This document shows positions 1-9,545 of a stretch of DNA of 56,241 nucleotides, piece after piece. The notes under the pieces were generated by a model. The model was not told the DNA's origin, made no database searches, and saw only the letters and a list, made by a program, of their open reading frames with translations. The stretch covers positions 1-56,241 of the forward strand of contig JAYTSX010000238.1 of the NCBI GenBank assembly GCA_043745445.1, in the 5' to 3' direction. Made by a program: the position numbers and the translations under genes. Origin of the DNA: Elusimicrobiota bacterium. Its GTDB lineage: Bacteria > Elusimicrobiota > Elusimicrobia > UBA1565 > UBA9628. Position 1 is the stretch's first letter, and every line of letters begins with the position of its first letter.

Positions 1-164
1 GCAAGCGCCACATAGGCGCCACCCAAGGCCATCGCTCGAGCCGAGCCCTGGCCGATCTTCAGGAAGTTGGCACCGCTGGTACCGGCATTCGAGTCGGCCG
101 CACGCGCGGAAGCCGCCACGAGCAAGGCAAGGCAAGACAAAGCGGCGAAGTGTCTAATACTCAC
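1..164 (-). CDS. PorV/PorQ-like (UPF0164-type) outer-membrane beta-barrel protein, 5' fragment running off the window
   Basis: The minus-strand reading frame from GTG at 164 gives a signal peptide (RHFAALSCLALLVAASARA). It is followed by NAGTSGANFLKIGQGSARAMALGGAYVALA, the N-terminal motif I associate with PorV-type barrels. The GTG overlaps the TGA of the upstream gene (GTGA at 161-164). Confidence 0.55.
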   Translation of the reverse strand, partial: MSIRHFAALSCLALLVAASARAADSNAGTSGANFLKIGQGSARAMALGGAYVAL

Positions 165-3100
165 TGGATCAGCACCTTTTTGACCGTCTGGAGGACGTTC
201 CTCCCACCTTCAGTCTCTTCGACCCGGATCACCGCGAAATAGAGGCCGCGAGCGACCTTGTTCCCGGACTGGTTGATTTTGGTCCAGACGTAGGTCACAG
301 GTCCGCCTTGGAAGGACGGAGGAACCTCTCCAAAATTCTTGTCCAGGACGATTTCGCCGGCCATCGTGTGCAGCTTCATCCTCACCACGCCCCGGAACGG
401 TGCGTATATCTGGAACGTCGTCGAATCCCCCGTGATCGGGTTCGGGTAATTGAAGGTATTGTTGATGAAATCCTCAGTCGGCGAAGCGGAGGCGTTACGC
501 ACCAACGGGATTTCGTCGATCAGGCGATCAAGCGAAAGCGCTCCAGGATTGAGCACATTGCCGGTGTTGTCATCGATCGCGGCCATGTCGGTCGAGCCCA
601 CGATCTTGAACTTATAGGAGCCGTCCTTAAGCAGCCCGAACCTGAAATCCGTGCCGTCCCATGTATCGTTAATCTGCGTGCGGGCCGGGCGTACGCCGAC
701 GATGCGCTTGACCAGGGACTGTGCCTCAGGAGGCGTGGGATTTCCGGCGAGGTCGAAGATCGTGCCTGATTTAAAGATCTTGATCGCGACCTTCATGGTC
801 TCGGAGACCTGATAGGACAGCACGGCGGAGCCCGAGTCGAGGCGCAAGGGAGTAATCGCGAGGTCGAATATGCGCAGCGGATCAAAGGCAATGGTCAGCT
901 GAGCCGTGGCCCCGGAGGACAAAACTGAGGCCACATCCTCGGCCACGGCGCGCACCAGATAGAAGCCGGACGGCGGGAAGTTGCCTGCGTCATTGCGTCC
1001 ATCCCAGACGTCCGTCTGGAGCAATCCAGAGGGACGCACGGCGCCGGCGATAATCGTGCGGATGACAGTGGGCGTCACGTTCGTATTGAGGATCTGAATT
1101 GTCACCGAGGACTGTCGGGTCAACGCGTAGCTGATTGTGAACGGATGTAAGGTGATCGTATTGCTCGAGTTGAAAAGCTGAGGCGAGTCGGGCAGCACGG
1201 AGAACTGAGAGAAGATGATCGAACCGCGAGCCACGGTGATATTGCCGAACACCTTATCGGTTGCGAAATACTTGGGCGTAGTCGTAGACTGGGCGGTGAG
1301 GGTGTAAATGTAGTTCCCATCCGGAACGAACAGGCCGTTCACATCGCGTCCATCCCAGAACTCCGAGATCTTAAGCCGGCCGGGGCGCAGGCCGCGGAAG
1401 GTCACAACCGGGGCGGCTTGGTTTCCGAGCGGGGTCAAGATCGACGAGCTCGTGCAGGCTGCGGGCGGAGATGTGCCAGGGCACGGAGGCCATGTGGAGG
1501 TGCTGTTCGTGATGACCGAACCCGGAGGATAGATGTTCCAGGCCACAAACATCGGCTGAGTGAGCTGGTAGTTGAGTACGACGTTGTCCGAAGCACCGGA
1601 GAGCAGAGGGGTGATGGCGATGTCAGTTATCCGGAAGAGGTTGACCGGGAACATCGCGGTCGTCGTGGACACTTTCCCGCGCTGAACGGGGTCGCTCGCC
1701 GTCAGTTGGACGAGGTAGGTGCCTGAGGAGACCACTTGACCGAAGTCGTCGGTGCCGTCAGACCAGAGCTCGGCGTTCGAGAAGGCTCCAGGCCGGGTTT
1801 CCTGATTAACGAGCGTCTTGATTAAAGTGTTGCCGCTCGCATTAAAGATCTTCATCGACACGACCGCGTCGCGGGTCAGCGTATAACGGAAGGTGAACGG
1901 ATTGATGCCGGCCACCGCTGGGCTCGAGCCGACCACGGTCGAGGTCGGAGAAATCTGCGTAATTCCGACGAGGCCTCGGAGGACCGGGATGAAGCCGATC
2001 TTGGCGACTGAGGTCCACACGCGCCGGTCAAACAAGTTCGCGCGGTACGGGAAGCCGCGCTGTGACGGGAGCGCGCCATAGATCAAGAACACATAGTCCC
2101 CGTCTTCAACGAGGCTACCGGCGGTGTCGCGTCCATCCCAAAAACTGATAACAGAGGAGCGAAGAGGCTTGATCTCGACGATCGACTTGACCGGAGCCAC
2201 ATTAACTCCGCCGGCTCCGACACAATCGCCCAGCCTGGCGCCAAAGTTCTTAACCGGGTTGCCTATAGCGACGACATCACCGAGGGTAGAATCAGACACT
2301 TGGTTGAGGGGTGCACCAATGACCTGGCAGAACTGAGTGCCGGGCGGGTAAATGTCGATGTAAACGGTAGCCGCCTCGGTCAGCAGGTATGACATCACGG
2401 CCAGAGAAGTCGAGCCGCCCGTTAGAGGCTGAACGCGAATGTCAGTGATCTGAAGAGGATCGAGGGCTACCTGGCGCGTGGTCGCTTGTGAGATGTCGCC
2501 GAAGTTGTTGGCACCGACACCCGTGTAATTCGTGAACTGATCGACGCTGTTGGCCTGGAACACCGCGAGATAGTTGCCGGCGGTCAGGACGTTCCCGCCG
2601 GAATCGCGCCCATCCCATGAGTCGCCGTTGAGCAGGGTGCCCTGAGGCGTGCCTTCACCCACCCGAGGGAGCCCGGGCACGATGACGCGCAACTGCCCAA
2701 ACGGCGGCAGAGCCTCATTAATAGAGATATACATCGTGGCATCTTTCGACAGCCGGTAAGTGAAGTTGTACGGTTGCGCCGCGACGCCGGTGATCGCGCC
2801 AACGACGGTGGGCGAGGAGCGAACGACATGGACGTTAGTCACGTCGACGGCGATCGGCTTCTGGGAGACGGCGTTGCCGCCGCTGTCAAGCGCCGCGCCG
2901 GACGGATAAGCGCGCGTCGCCGTGATCGAGATGTTGCCGCTGGCGCCGACCTGGTTCGTTTTGACTGAGACTCGGAAGCCATACTGACCGTTGGTCTTAC
3001 CGAACTCACCCTGGATGTTGGCCGAGCCATCCCACATAACGCAGGCGGCATTCACGTTGCCGTTCGGGATCGTCGGATCGGCGTTGCTCGCGGTGCCGGG

Positions 3101-3652
3101 AGCGTCAATGAAGAAGGTGCGCAGCGGCGGAGTCGAGGCGGGGTCCAGAGGGTTGGAACCATCCTGAAACTTGAAGAGCTCGAAGCTGATCTCGTCAAGA
3201 GCGACAGTCGTCGCGGGCGCCGCAGCGGTGGGCGGGGCGATCGAGACGCCGACCTGGGTACACAGAAAAACCCGGTCGTTACAGTAGTTGAAACCGACCG
3301 TCCCGGTCTGCAAGGCCACGCCGCTCAGGTTCACGGCGGAAGTCCGGGGAAATACGTTGCAACGCTGCGGCCCGTTCTCCTCGAACTCGATATGCGGCTC
3401 ATTGGAGATATCTCCATCCAACGGACCGTCCGGCGCGAAGGCGTTCTGAAGCGGGCATGCGAATAAGAATGGGCCCGAGCCGAAGACGCCGCATCGGACG
3501 GCATAGGTGTTATCGATCTGCGGCGCCACGAACGAGGTGTTGATGAACACCTGAACCGACTGCGCTGCGGCGCGCGACGCGGAGAGCGTCAGGGCAACCG
3601 CAACTGCGAAGGCCGCGCGCGTCAGGCTCGTGGTGCAACGGTGTTTATTCAT
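161..3652 (-). CDS. Giant secreted surface protein with multiple FlgD-Ig-like repeats and a T9SS type-A C-terminal sorting domain
   Basis: The 1163-aa ORF has a signal peptide (AVALTLSASRAAAQ). It contains repeated ~100-aa units that each carry WDG(R/T)(D/N)..G..V..G.Y, for example SWDGRDSGGNVLTAGNY, FWDGRDTAGSLVEDGDY, FWDGRDVNGLFVPDGNY, VWDGRNDAGNFPPSGFY and TWDGTDFRFGLLKDGSY. The C-terminus (NYPNPITGDSTTFQIY...MAGEIV...GLYFAVIRVE...KKVLIQ) fits the T9SS sorting-domain pattern. Confidence 0.8.
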   Translation of the reverse strand: MNKHRCTTSLTRAAFAVAVALTLSASRAAAQSVQVFINTSFVAPQIDNTYAVRCGVFGSGPFLFACPLQNAFAPDGPLDGDISNEPHIEFEENGPQRCNVFPRTSAVNLSGVALQTGTVGFNYCNDRVFLCTQVGVSIAPPTAAAPATTVALDEISFELFKFQDGSNPLDPASTPPLRTFFIDAPGTASNADPTIPNGNVNAACVMWDGSANIQGEFGKTNGQYGFRVSVKTNQVGASGNISITATRAYPSGAALDSGGNAVSQKPIAVDVTNVHVVRSSPTVVGAITGVAAQPYNFTYRLSKDATMYISINEALPPFGQLRVIVPGLPRVGEGTPQGTLLNGDSWDGRDSGGNVLTAGNYLAVFQANSVDQFTNYTGVGANNFGDISQATTRQVALDPLQITDIRVQPLTGGSTSLAVMSYLLTEAATVYIDIYPPGTQFCQVIGAPLNQVSDSTLGDVVAIGNPVKNFGARLGDCVGAGGVNVAPVKSIVEIKPLRSSVISFWDGRDTAGSLVEDGDYVFLIYGALPSQRGFPYRANLFDRRVWTSVAKIGFIPVLRGLVGITQISPTSTVVGSSPAVAGINPFTFRYTLTRDAVVSMKIFNASGNTLIKTLVNQETRPGAFSNAELWSDGTDDFGQVVSSGTYLVQLTASDPVQRGKVSTTTAMFPVNLFRITDIAITPLLSGASDNVVLNYQLTQPMFVAWNIYPPGSVITNSTSTWPPCPGTSPPAACTSSSILTPLGNQAAPVVTFRGLRPGRLKISEFWDGRDVNGLFVPDGNYIYTLTAQSTTTPKYFATDKVFGNITVARGSIIFSQFSVLPDSPQLFNSSNTITLHPFTISYALTRQSSVTIQILNTNVTPTVIRTIIAGAVRPSGLLQTDVWDGRNDAGNFPPSGFYLVRAVAEDVASVLSSGATAQLTIAFDPLRIFDLAITPLRLDSGSAVLSYQVSETMKVAIKIFKSGTIFDLAGNPTPPEAQSLVKRIVGVRPARTQINDTWDGTDFRFGLLKDGSYKFKIVGSTDMAAIDDNTGNVLNPGALSLDRLIDEIPLVRNASASPTEDFINNTFNYPNPITGDSTTFQIYAPFRGVVRMKLHTMAGEIVLDKNFGEVPPSFQGGPVTYVWTKINQSGNKVARGLYFAVIRVEETEGGRNVLQTVKKVLIQ

Positions 3653-3728
3653 GTTGTGATGTTTGTTGGCGCTTCGCTTCGAAGATAAGAGTGTACCGTA
3701 CCGGCGTTACTGACTGATTAAAGGAATG

Positions 3729-5534
3729 TTAAAAGATGGCAAAGGGTATTCTGCGATGCAAACGCAATCGGAGCAACGCTGGCTGAGACCGTTCGGCCGA
3801 CGGGCCGACGAGCGCCCACATGCGTCGTCCATCCGCTCCCGTCTGCACCACGAAACCGACAGTCGCCACATCGGGCGACGGATGAGTGCCCTTCAGCGTA
3901 AAACGTCCATTCTCTAACGCATAGAGCATGATGCGGCGTGACTTCGTGTCATGCACCCACAGCTTTCCATCAACCCAAGCCAAGGCATTGGGCACGACGT
4001 CTTCCTCAATAGGGTAGGACTGGTAGGTCGATTCATCGGCGGCGTGGCGATACAGCGCACGGTTGGCCGCGTCGTAAGACCAAAGGGACGATCCGTCGAA
4101 CGCAAGAGCGGTCGGCGCTGCTCCGGGCGACGGGATCGAGGCGACCACTGTCTCAGGGTGCGCCGCCTGCGCGCGAATCAGACGCGCTCGCGCGGCATCG
4201 AGCGTCCAGACTCGTCCATCGCCGAATGCCATGGCGGTCGGCCGGAAAAGGGCGCCGGAGGGCACGGCGACTTCCCGAACAGCGCGTCGAGGATCGGCGG
4301 GATCGAGAGCGCTGATGCGCCCCCCCCAGTCCGCGACCCACAACAGATTTCCATCGAAAGCCAGCGCGGTCGGGTTGATCGCCGTAAGCGGCGCAGTCGC
4401 TTCAGATTCATAACGCCACTCCGACGCCCAGCGCCAGGCGGGAAACCCAGCCGCAATGACGACAGCGCTAGCGAGCACCAGCGCGGCGGCGCGAAGGCGC
4501 CGCGAGCGGAGCGTCGTCGTGCGTCCGGCTTCGACGTTCGCCTGGGCCGATACGGCGCGATCGCGCTCCTCGCGATTTTCGATCTGGCGCATGCGGCTTG
4601 CGACCTGCTCGGCGGCGACGGTCGTCTCGCGAATCTTGCCTGTGAGGCTGTCCGTAAAAATCAAATGAGACTTTTCCTTTTCCTGCAGCTCGCCGTGCCA
4701 CGCTTCGCGCTCGCGGCGTAGAGTCTCCTCCCACTGCGCGAGTTCCTGGCGCTGGGCCTCCCAGGTCGAACGCTCGCGATCCCAAAGCTCACGCCACTGG
4801 GCGCGCTCTTCCTCCCATAGTTTCTGAAGATCTGTGAAATGCTGCTCCACCTCATCGGTCTTCTTAAGCGCGCGCGCACGCTCCTCTTCCACCCGAACGC
4901 GCTCATGCCGCTCAAGCAGAAGTTCGGCCAAGGTCTTCTCAAGGGCGTTTTTGGCCTCAGCAAGGCTGCCTTTAAGCGCGCCGACGGCCTGGTCCGCACG
5001 TGCCGCCTCCTGCTGACGACGCTCGGCCGAAGTCTGGATATCCTTCAGATCGATAAGATTCTGGGTTTCCCGTTTGGCCCAACGGGCTTCGGCCTCGCGA
5101 GCACGCTCGACCTCGGCCGTGATGCGCGCCCGGGACTCCTCCAGAGCCGCCTCTAAGAGTCGACGCTCCTCGCGTTCATGCTCAAGAGCGCGAGCCGCGC
5201 CCTCGAGGCGTTGCTGAGCGTCAAGAAGCTGCGCGAAGACGAGCTCATCACTGCCGTCGGCGCGGCTGCGCAGATCGGTGGTCTCAATCTGAAGCGCTTC
5301 GGCGCGTGTGCGCCAAAGTTTAAGAGACTCCTCCTTCGCGGCGATGGCCTCGGTCAAAGCGGCCTCGCGGCGGCGCTGCTGGGTTTTGAGCATGCCGACC
5401 GTTTCCCACGCGAGCTCGGCGCCCGCTGCGGAGGGAGCGGATTGCGAAGCAGGCGCGACATCAGAGGCGGATCCAAGGCGCGTCCAGAGACGCTCGATCT
5501 CGCGACTCAAGTCTTCAGGAGGAAGGTGGCCCAC
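3729..5534 (-). CDS. Bitopic membrane protein: long cytoplasmic coiled coil, one TM helix, C-terminal beta-propeller-like domain
   Basis: The 601-aa ORF starts at GTG. Its first ~350 aa are E/R/A/L-rich heptad-like sequence. A TM segment (AAALVLASAVVIAAGFPAW) follows. The C-terminal part has repeated blades with A(L/M)AFDG..LW(V/S) and LAWVDGKLWV motifs. No enzymatic motif was recognised. Confidence 0.6.
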   Translation of the reverse strand: MGHLPPEDLSREIERLWTRLGSASDVAPASQSAPSAAGAELAWETVGMLKTQQRRREAALTEAIAAKEESLKLWRTRAEALQIETTDLRSRADGSDELVFAQLLDAQQRLEGAARALEHEREERRLLEAALEESRARITAEVERAREAEARWAKRETQNLIDLKDIQTSAERRQQEAARADQAVGALKGSLAEAKNALEKTLAELLLERHERVRVEEERARALKKTDEVEQHFTDLQKLWEEERAQWRELWDRERSTWEAQRQELAQWEETLRREREAWHGELQEKEKSHLIFTDSLTGKIRETTVAAEQVASRMRQIENREERDRAVSAQANVEAGRTTTLRSRRLRAAALVLASAVVIAAGFPAWRWASEWRYESEATAPLTAINPTALAFDGNLLWVADWGGRISALDPADPRRAVREVAVPSGALFRPTAMAFGDGRVWTLDAARARLIRAQAAHPETVVASIPSPGAAPTALAFDGSSLWSYDAANRALYRHAADESTYQSYPIEEDVVPNALAWVDGKLWVHDTKSRRIMLYALENGRFTLKGTHPSPDVATVGFVVQTGADGRRMWALVGPSAERSQPALLRLRLHRRIPFAIF

Positions 5535-5541
5535 GCAAGGG

Positions 5542-5547
5542 AGTATA
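5542..5547 (-). promoter_or_regulatory. -10 box TATACT, 7 nt upstream of GTG 5534
   Basis: Read on the minus strand. Confidence 0.4.
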
Positions 5548-5588
5548 GCGGCGCGAGCCCCGCGTTTGTTTTCAGAAATATGAACGCT

Positions 5589-6944
5589 TTACTGATTACG
5601 CTGAAGACGACGCAGTTCTTGGCTGGCCTCGCTTAAGTCCACACCCGCGTCACGGTATTCGCGCAGGATTCGGCTGACCTTCTCGAGCAGAACGGAATCC
5701 GCGGCGCCCGCCAGCTTGGCTTTTTGATAAGAACGCCAATCTTCCTGAAACATCGAAACTCGAACCTGTCGCGCGGCGCCCTCACGGTCCGTCTTCAGCT
5801 TCTCGTAGGTCTGCGCGGCTTTCTGCTGGCGTTCCACGAGTTCCTTGAGCCGACGCTTGGCGTCACCTTCGGAGGCCCGTTTCATCTCGACCTCCCTGGC
5901 CAGGGTCGCCATTTCCGCGCGAAGGCGGTTCAGCTCTTCAGCAAGCTTCCATTGCTTGACCGAGCTCGCCTCAAGGGCATCGCCAAGTTGACGCCGGTAG
6001 CGGAGCTCCTGGGACAAAAGCTTTTCATACTCCCCCTCCGGATCGGCCCGGCCGAAGCGAACGGCCAAGGTGAGTCCGTGCCCGAAACGCGCGACGCCGG
6101 TCATCGGGACTGTCATGGAGTAGTCCAAACGCGCGCCTTGCGCGCGCCAGCCAAGGCCCCAGCTCCAGGTACGAGATCCTTCCCCGAGAGACATGCCTGA
6201 GCGCAGCGCGTATTGTCCCGCGCGAGCCGTGGCCCACCACCGCTCAAAACCGATCGCCATGGTGTGCTGGCCATTACCGCTGGCAGACGACTCCCGCTTC
6301 GTAAGGTCGGCCGCAAAAATGACTCCACGGACCTGCTCGGACGCTCCGATCTTGAGCGTCAGCGGCGCCCGATCACCTCTGAACTTGGGGCTGCCGAAGT
6401 TCAGCAGCGACGCGCCGAAGGCGTAACGTTCCGAAAAACGGTACAGCGTACCCATATCGAGGGCCAAATGCGGTCCGGCCTTGCCTCCCGTGTCGAACGA
6501 AGTCGTTAGGAGCTTGACGCCTCCGCCGAAGTCCACCCCACCACCCTCCGTCTCGCGGAGGCCGCGGGTACCGTACATGACGGCGATGCCGCGATCGCCG
6601 GCGATGTTCGTGCGGCGATCATAACGCATGTCAAAACCGAGCGCTCCGTTCAGGACCTCCTGACGCAAAGGCACAACGACAGCCGCGCGCGTCGAATCGC
6701 GATCCGACTCGCCGGAGGGGATGTGGAACTGGCGCAGATAGGTCATCGCGGCCTCGAGGGCCGAGGCCTGCCCGAGGGACGCCGGGTTATACGCGATCAC
6801 GCCCGGATCGTCGGTGACCGCGGTAAAGGCGCCGCCCATCGCGATGTCACGGGGACCGAAACCCGCATCCTCGAACGCGGCGAAAGCGGTCCCGGGCAAA
6901 GCCAGGGCCAATAGAACGGCCAACAGCGCACGCAATAGGCGCAT
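5589..6944 (-). CDS. Outer-membrane beta-barrel (PorV/PorQ-like) with a ~150-aa C-terminal coiled-coil extension
   Basis: It has a signal peptide (LALALPGTAFA) followed by FEDAGFGPRDIAMGGAFTAVTDDPGVIAYNPASLG. About 300 aa of alternating beta-strand pattern end in the beta-signal-like LTLAVRF. A charged heptad-rich tail (EYEKLLSQELRYRRQL...ELRRLQRNQ) follows. Confidence 0.6.
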   Translation of the reverse strand: MRLLRALLAVLLALALPGTAFAAFEDAGFGPRDIAMGGAFTAVTDDPGVIAYNPASLGQASALEAAMTYLRQFHIPSGESDRDSTRAAVVVPLRQEVLNGALGFDMRYDRRTNIAGDRGIAVMYGTRGLRETEGGGVDFGGGVKLLTTSFDTGGKAGPHLALDMGTLYRFSERYAFGASLLNFGSPKFRGDRAPLTLKIGASEQVRGVIFAADLTKRESSASGNGQHTMAIGFERWWATARAGQYALRSGMSLGEGSRTWSWGLGWRAQGARLDYSMTVPMTGVARFGHGLTLAVRFGRADPEGEYEKLLSQELRYRRQLGDALEASSVKQWKLAEELNRLRAEMATLAREVEMKRASEGDAKRRLKELVERQQKAAQTYEKLKTDREGAARQVRVSMFQEDWRSYQKAKLAGAADSVLLEKVSRILREYRDAGVDLSEASQELRRLQRNQ

Positions 6945-6951
6945 CGCGCGA

Positions 6952-6957
6952 ATTATA
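6952..6957 (-). promoter_or_regulatory. -10 box TATAAT, 7 nt upstream of ATG 6944
   Basis: The minus strand reads TATAATTCGCGCGATG. This is nearly identical to TAAAATCCGCGCGATG upstream of the Omp85-like gene. Confidence 0.5.
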
Positions 6958-7005
6958 GCTTTCGCGTTCGAGTTTATGATTACGGGCTCATGAACGAATG
7001 TAAAT

Positions 7006-8559
7006 TTATTCGAGCTGGTAATCTTCGGGGTCCAGCGACGCGGCGGTCAGATCAAAATTTTCAGGCGCCCGTCTTCCCCGGGCTTCAACGAGACGCGCCG
7101 ATAACCACGAGGCGAAGGCATAAGACAGTTTAGCGTCGCGGGCGTAGCTCTCATCGCGACGCCAAGACCCTGATCGACGAAGGATCACCGGAGCGAGGAC
7201 CCCGCCCGGACCAGCCCGCTGCACCAGGCCCTCAGCAGTCAGCGCCGAAGGTGGAACCACGCCAAGAGCGAGCCCGGTCACAAAGACATCGGGCCGCCCG
7301 GTTCGCTCCGCCAACCAGGTGCGCGGGTCGGTCAGCCCGGCGCCAGAGATCTCGATCGCCGGCTTTCGGACGGAGATCAATTGGAGCCACCGTAAGCCGA
7401 ACAACGCGGTATCGCCGGACGCTAGAAGAGTTCCGCCGGGCGTAACAGCGCGTCGTAGATTTTGGGCGTAATCAAGTGCGAGGAAATCGTCGCGGCGTTC
7501 GGGGACCGGGGAGCGGAGAAGGAGGGCCGAAGCGGCGAGCGCGAGGCCCGATGGAGCTAAACGGCCGAGGCGAGACACCGCAACGCCCGCAAAGACGGCG
7601 ACGGCGAACGCCGGAATGAGAAACGCGGGCTCAAGAACCGAACGCGCGACCCAGTTGGACGCATCAAAGCTCGCCCAGATGATAAAGAGCGGCCCGCTCA
7701 ACAGCGCGGCGAGGATAAGTCCGGCGGCACGGCTTTGGTCTTTTCGCCAGGAGTCGGCCGCGCCATAAATGGCGACCGCCGCGGCGGGAATGCCGACGGA
7801 CAAAGAGCTCATCTTCAACGACCAGCCGAACAGCAGCATCGCGCGCTCGAGCGTCAAAGGCCGCGCCAGCTGAGCCGACAACGTGCCCGCGCCGTACTGC
7901 GAGCGAAGCAGCGTTGCCGTTGCGACGCTGATCGAGCCAAGCCGCACCCATAGGAAAACGTACAGCGAAAGGCCGGCCAAGGCCCATGGGAAGGCGACGA
8001 AAACGACGCGGCTCAACGAAAAACCCAAGCGCCGGCCTTCCCCCCGCCACAGCAGCAGAAAGCCGGGTAGAAAAAGAAGCAGGCTCTGATGGTTGACCAA
8101 GCCAAGACCGGCGATTAATCCTGAGAGACGAGCCCTGCGCCAGACATCACCCCTTTCGCCCTCGGACAAATAGAACAGAACGGCAACGAAGCATGCATGA
8201 AGAGCGTATTTCTCTTGAATCAAAGCGAACTTCCACAGCGGAGCGGAGAAGACGATCAGATAAGCCGAGGTCAGGCCGGCCCACACGCCGCAATGACGGC
8301 GAACGCTGAGGAAGACGAAGGCCGCGGCGCCCGCAGCGGCGAGGCACGACAAAACGGCGAGGGCATACGCGGGATTGCCCCATGAGAAGACCGTCAGCCA
8401 CAGATGCCCGAGCACGGAATAGAGCGGATAGCCGGGCGGGTGCGCCACCCCGAGCGTATAAGCCGCGCTCGTCATATCGGCGCAGTCGCGAGGAGCGATC
8501 GACGGCGATGCACCCGAAAGGTAGAAGGCGAACGCGGCGAGAAAGACGAGGGCGCTCAT
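7006..8559 (-). CDS. DUF2723/TMEM260-like polytopic membrane protein (glycosyltransferase-fold family)
   Basis: The protein has many TM helices and the HPPGYPLY motif near the N-terminus. The preferred start is ATG 8559 (MSALVFLAAF...), which forms an ATGA overlap with the tsaD stop. The longer ORF-track start at 8670 lies inside tsaD. Confidence 0.6.
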   Translation of the reverse strand: MSALVFLAAFAFYLSGASPSIAPRDCADMTSAAYTLGVAHPPGYPLYSVLGHLWLTVFSWGNPAYALAVLSCLAAAGAAAFVFLSVRRHCGVWAGLTSAYLIVFSAPLWKFALIQEKYALHACFVAVLFYLSEGERGDVWRRARLSGLIAGLGLVNHQSLLLFLPGFLLLWRGEGRRLGFSLSRVVFVAFPWALAGLSLYVFLWVRLGSISVATATLLRSQYGAGTLSAQLARPLTLERAMLLFGWSLKMSSLSVGIPAAAVAIYGAADSWRKDQSRAAGLILAALLSGPLFIIWASFDASNWVARSVLEPAFLIPAFAVAVFAGVAVSRLGRLAPSGLALAASALLLRSPVPERRDDFLALDYAQNLRRAVTPGGTLLASGDTALFGLRWLQLISVRKPAIEISGAGLTDPRTWLAERTGRPDVFVTGLALGVVPPSALTAEGLVQRAGPGGVLAPVILRRSGSWRRDESYARDAKLSYAFASWLSARLVEARGRRAPENFDLTAASLDPEDYQLE

Positions 8560-9545
8560 GCCCAACTGCGCAACGGCAATGCGGGATCGCACGGACCGGA
8601 AAGCGCCGCGCCTCCCGCCGACAGCCTGCGCCAGGCGGCATGGGCAATCATCCCGGCGTTGTCGGTACAAAGCACCCGCGCGGGCAAGCGCACGGAGAAA
8701 CCGCAGGTTTCGCCCCGTTCCGTCATCAAGGCCCGCAGGCGCGAGTTGGCCGCGACCCCTCCGCCGAGCACAATGTCCTTTACTTTGAATTTTTTCGCGG
8801 CGGCCACGGTTTTATCGACGAGCGTTTCGGCGACAGCTTCTTGAAATGAGGCGCAGAGGTCGTTGAGCTCGCGGCCAGCCGGCCGACGGCCCTTGAGGAG
8901 GTACAACACCGAGGTCTTTAGCCCGGAGAAAGAAAAATCCCAGGTGCCCGGCATCATCGGGCGCGGAAAAGCGATGGCGCCGGGATTACCTTTCGCCGCG
9001 CGCTTGTCGATCTCCGGCCCCCCCGGATATCCCAAGCCGAATAAGCGCGCGACCTTGTCATAGGCCTCGCCCGCCGCATCATCACGCGTGCGTCCCAGAA
9101 CGCGGTATCGTCCGGGGCCTTTCGCCAACACGAGGTCGGTGTGCCCACCCGAAACGACCAGGGCCATGACCGGCCAGCGCAGCGTGTGCTCAAGCTCGGC
9201 GGCGAGCACGTGGCCCTCAAGGTGATTGACGCCGACAGCGGGAACCTTCATGAGGCGCGCGAGCGTCTGGGCCGCGACCTTGCCGATCAACAGCGGACCC
9301 ATGAGCCCGGGGCCGCGCGTGTAGGCGATCGCATCGATCTTCCCGGGACCCGCGTCTTTCAACGCACGGGCGACGGCGGGCATCAGGTTATCAAGGTGAG
9401 CGCGCGCGGCGAGCTCAGGCACAACGCCACGGTACGGCCGGTGCAAGGCCGTCTGCGAAGAAACGATATTGGAACGCAAACGCCCATTCTCGACCACGGC
9501 GGCCGAGGTGTCGTCGCAGGAGGTCTCCAGACCCAGTATTCTCAC
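8556..9545 (-). CDS. tsaD: tRNA N6-adenosine threonylcarbamoyltransferase TsaD
   Basis: MRILGLETSCDDTSAAVV, GVNHLEGH and the overall Kae1/TsaD layout are present. The GTG start overlaps the upstream stop (GTGA). Confidence 0.9.
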   Translation of the reverse strand: MRILGLETSCDDTSAAVVENGRLRSNIVSSQTALHRPYRGVVPELAARAHLDNLMPAVARALKDAGPGKIDAIAYTRGPGLMGPLLIGKVAAQTLARLMKVPAVGVNHLEGHVLAAELEHTLRWPVMALVVSGGHTDLVLAKGPGRYRVLGRTRDDAAGEAYDKVARLFGLGYPGGPEIDKRAAKGNPGAIAFPRPMMPGTWDFSFSGLKTSVLYLLKGRRPAGRELNDLCASFQEAVAETLVDKTVAAAKKFKVKDIVLGGGVAANSRLRALMTERGETCGFSVRLPARVLCTDNAGMIAHAAWRRLSAGGAALSGPCDPALPLRSWA

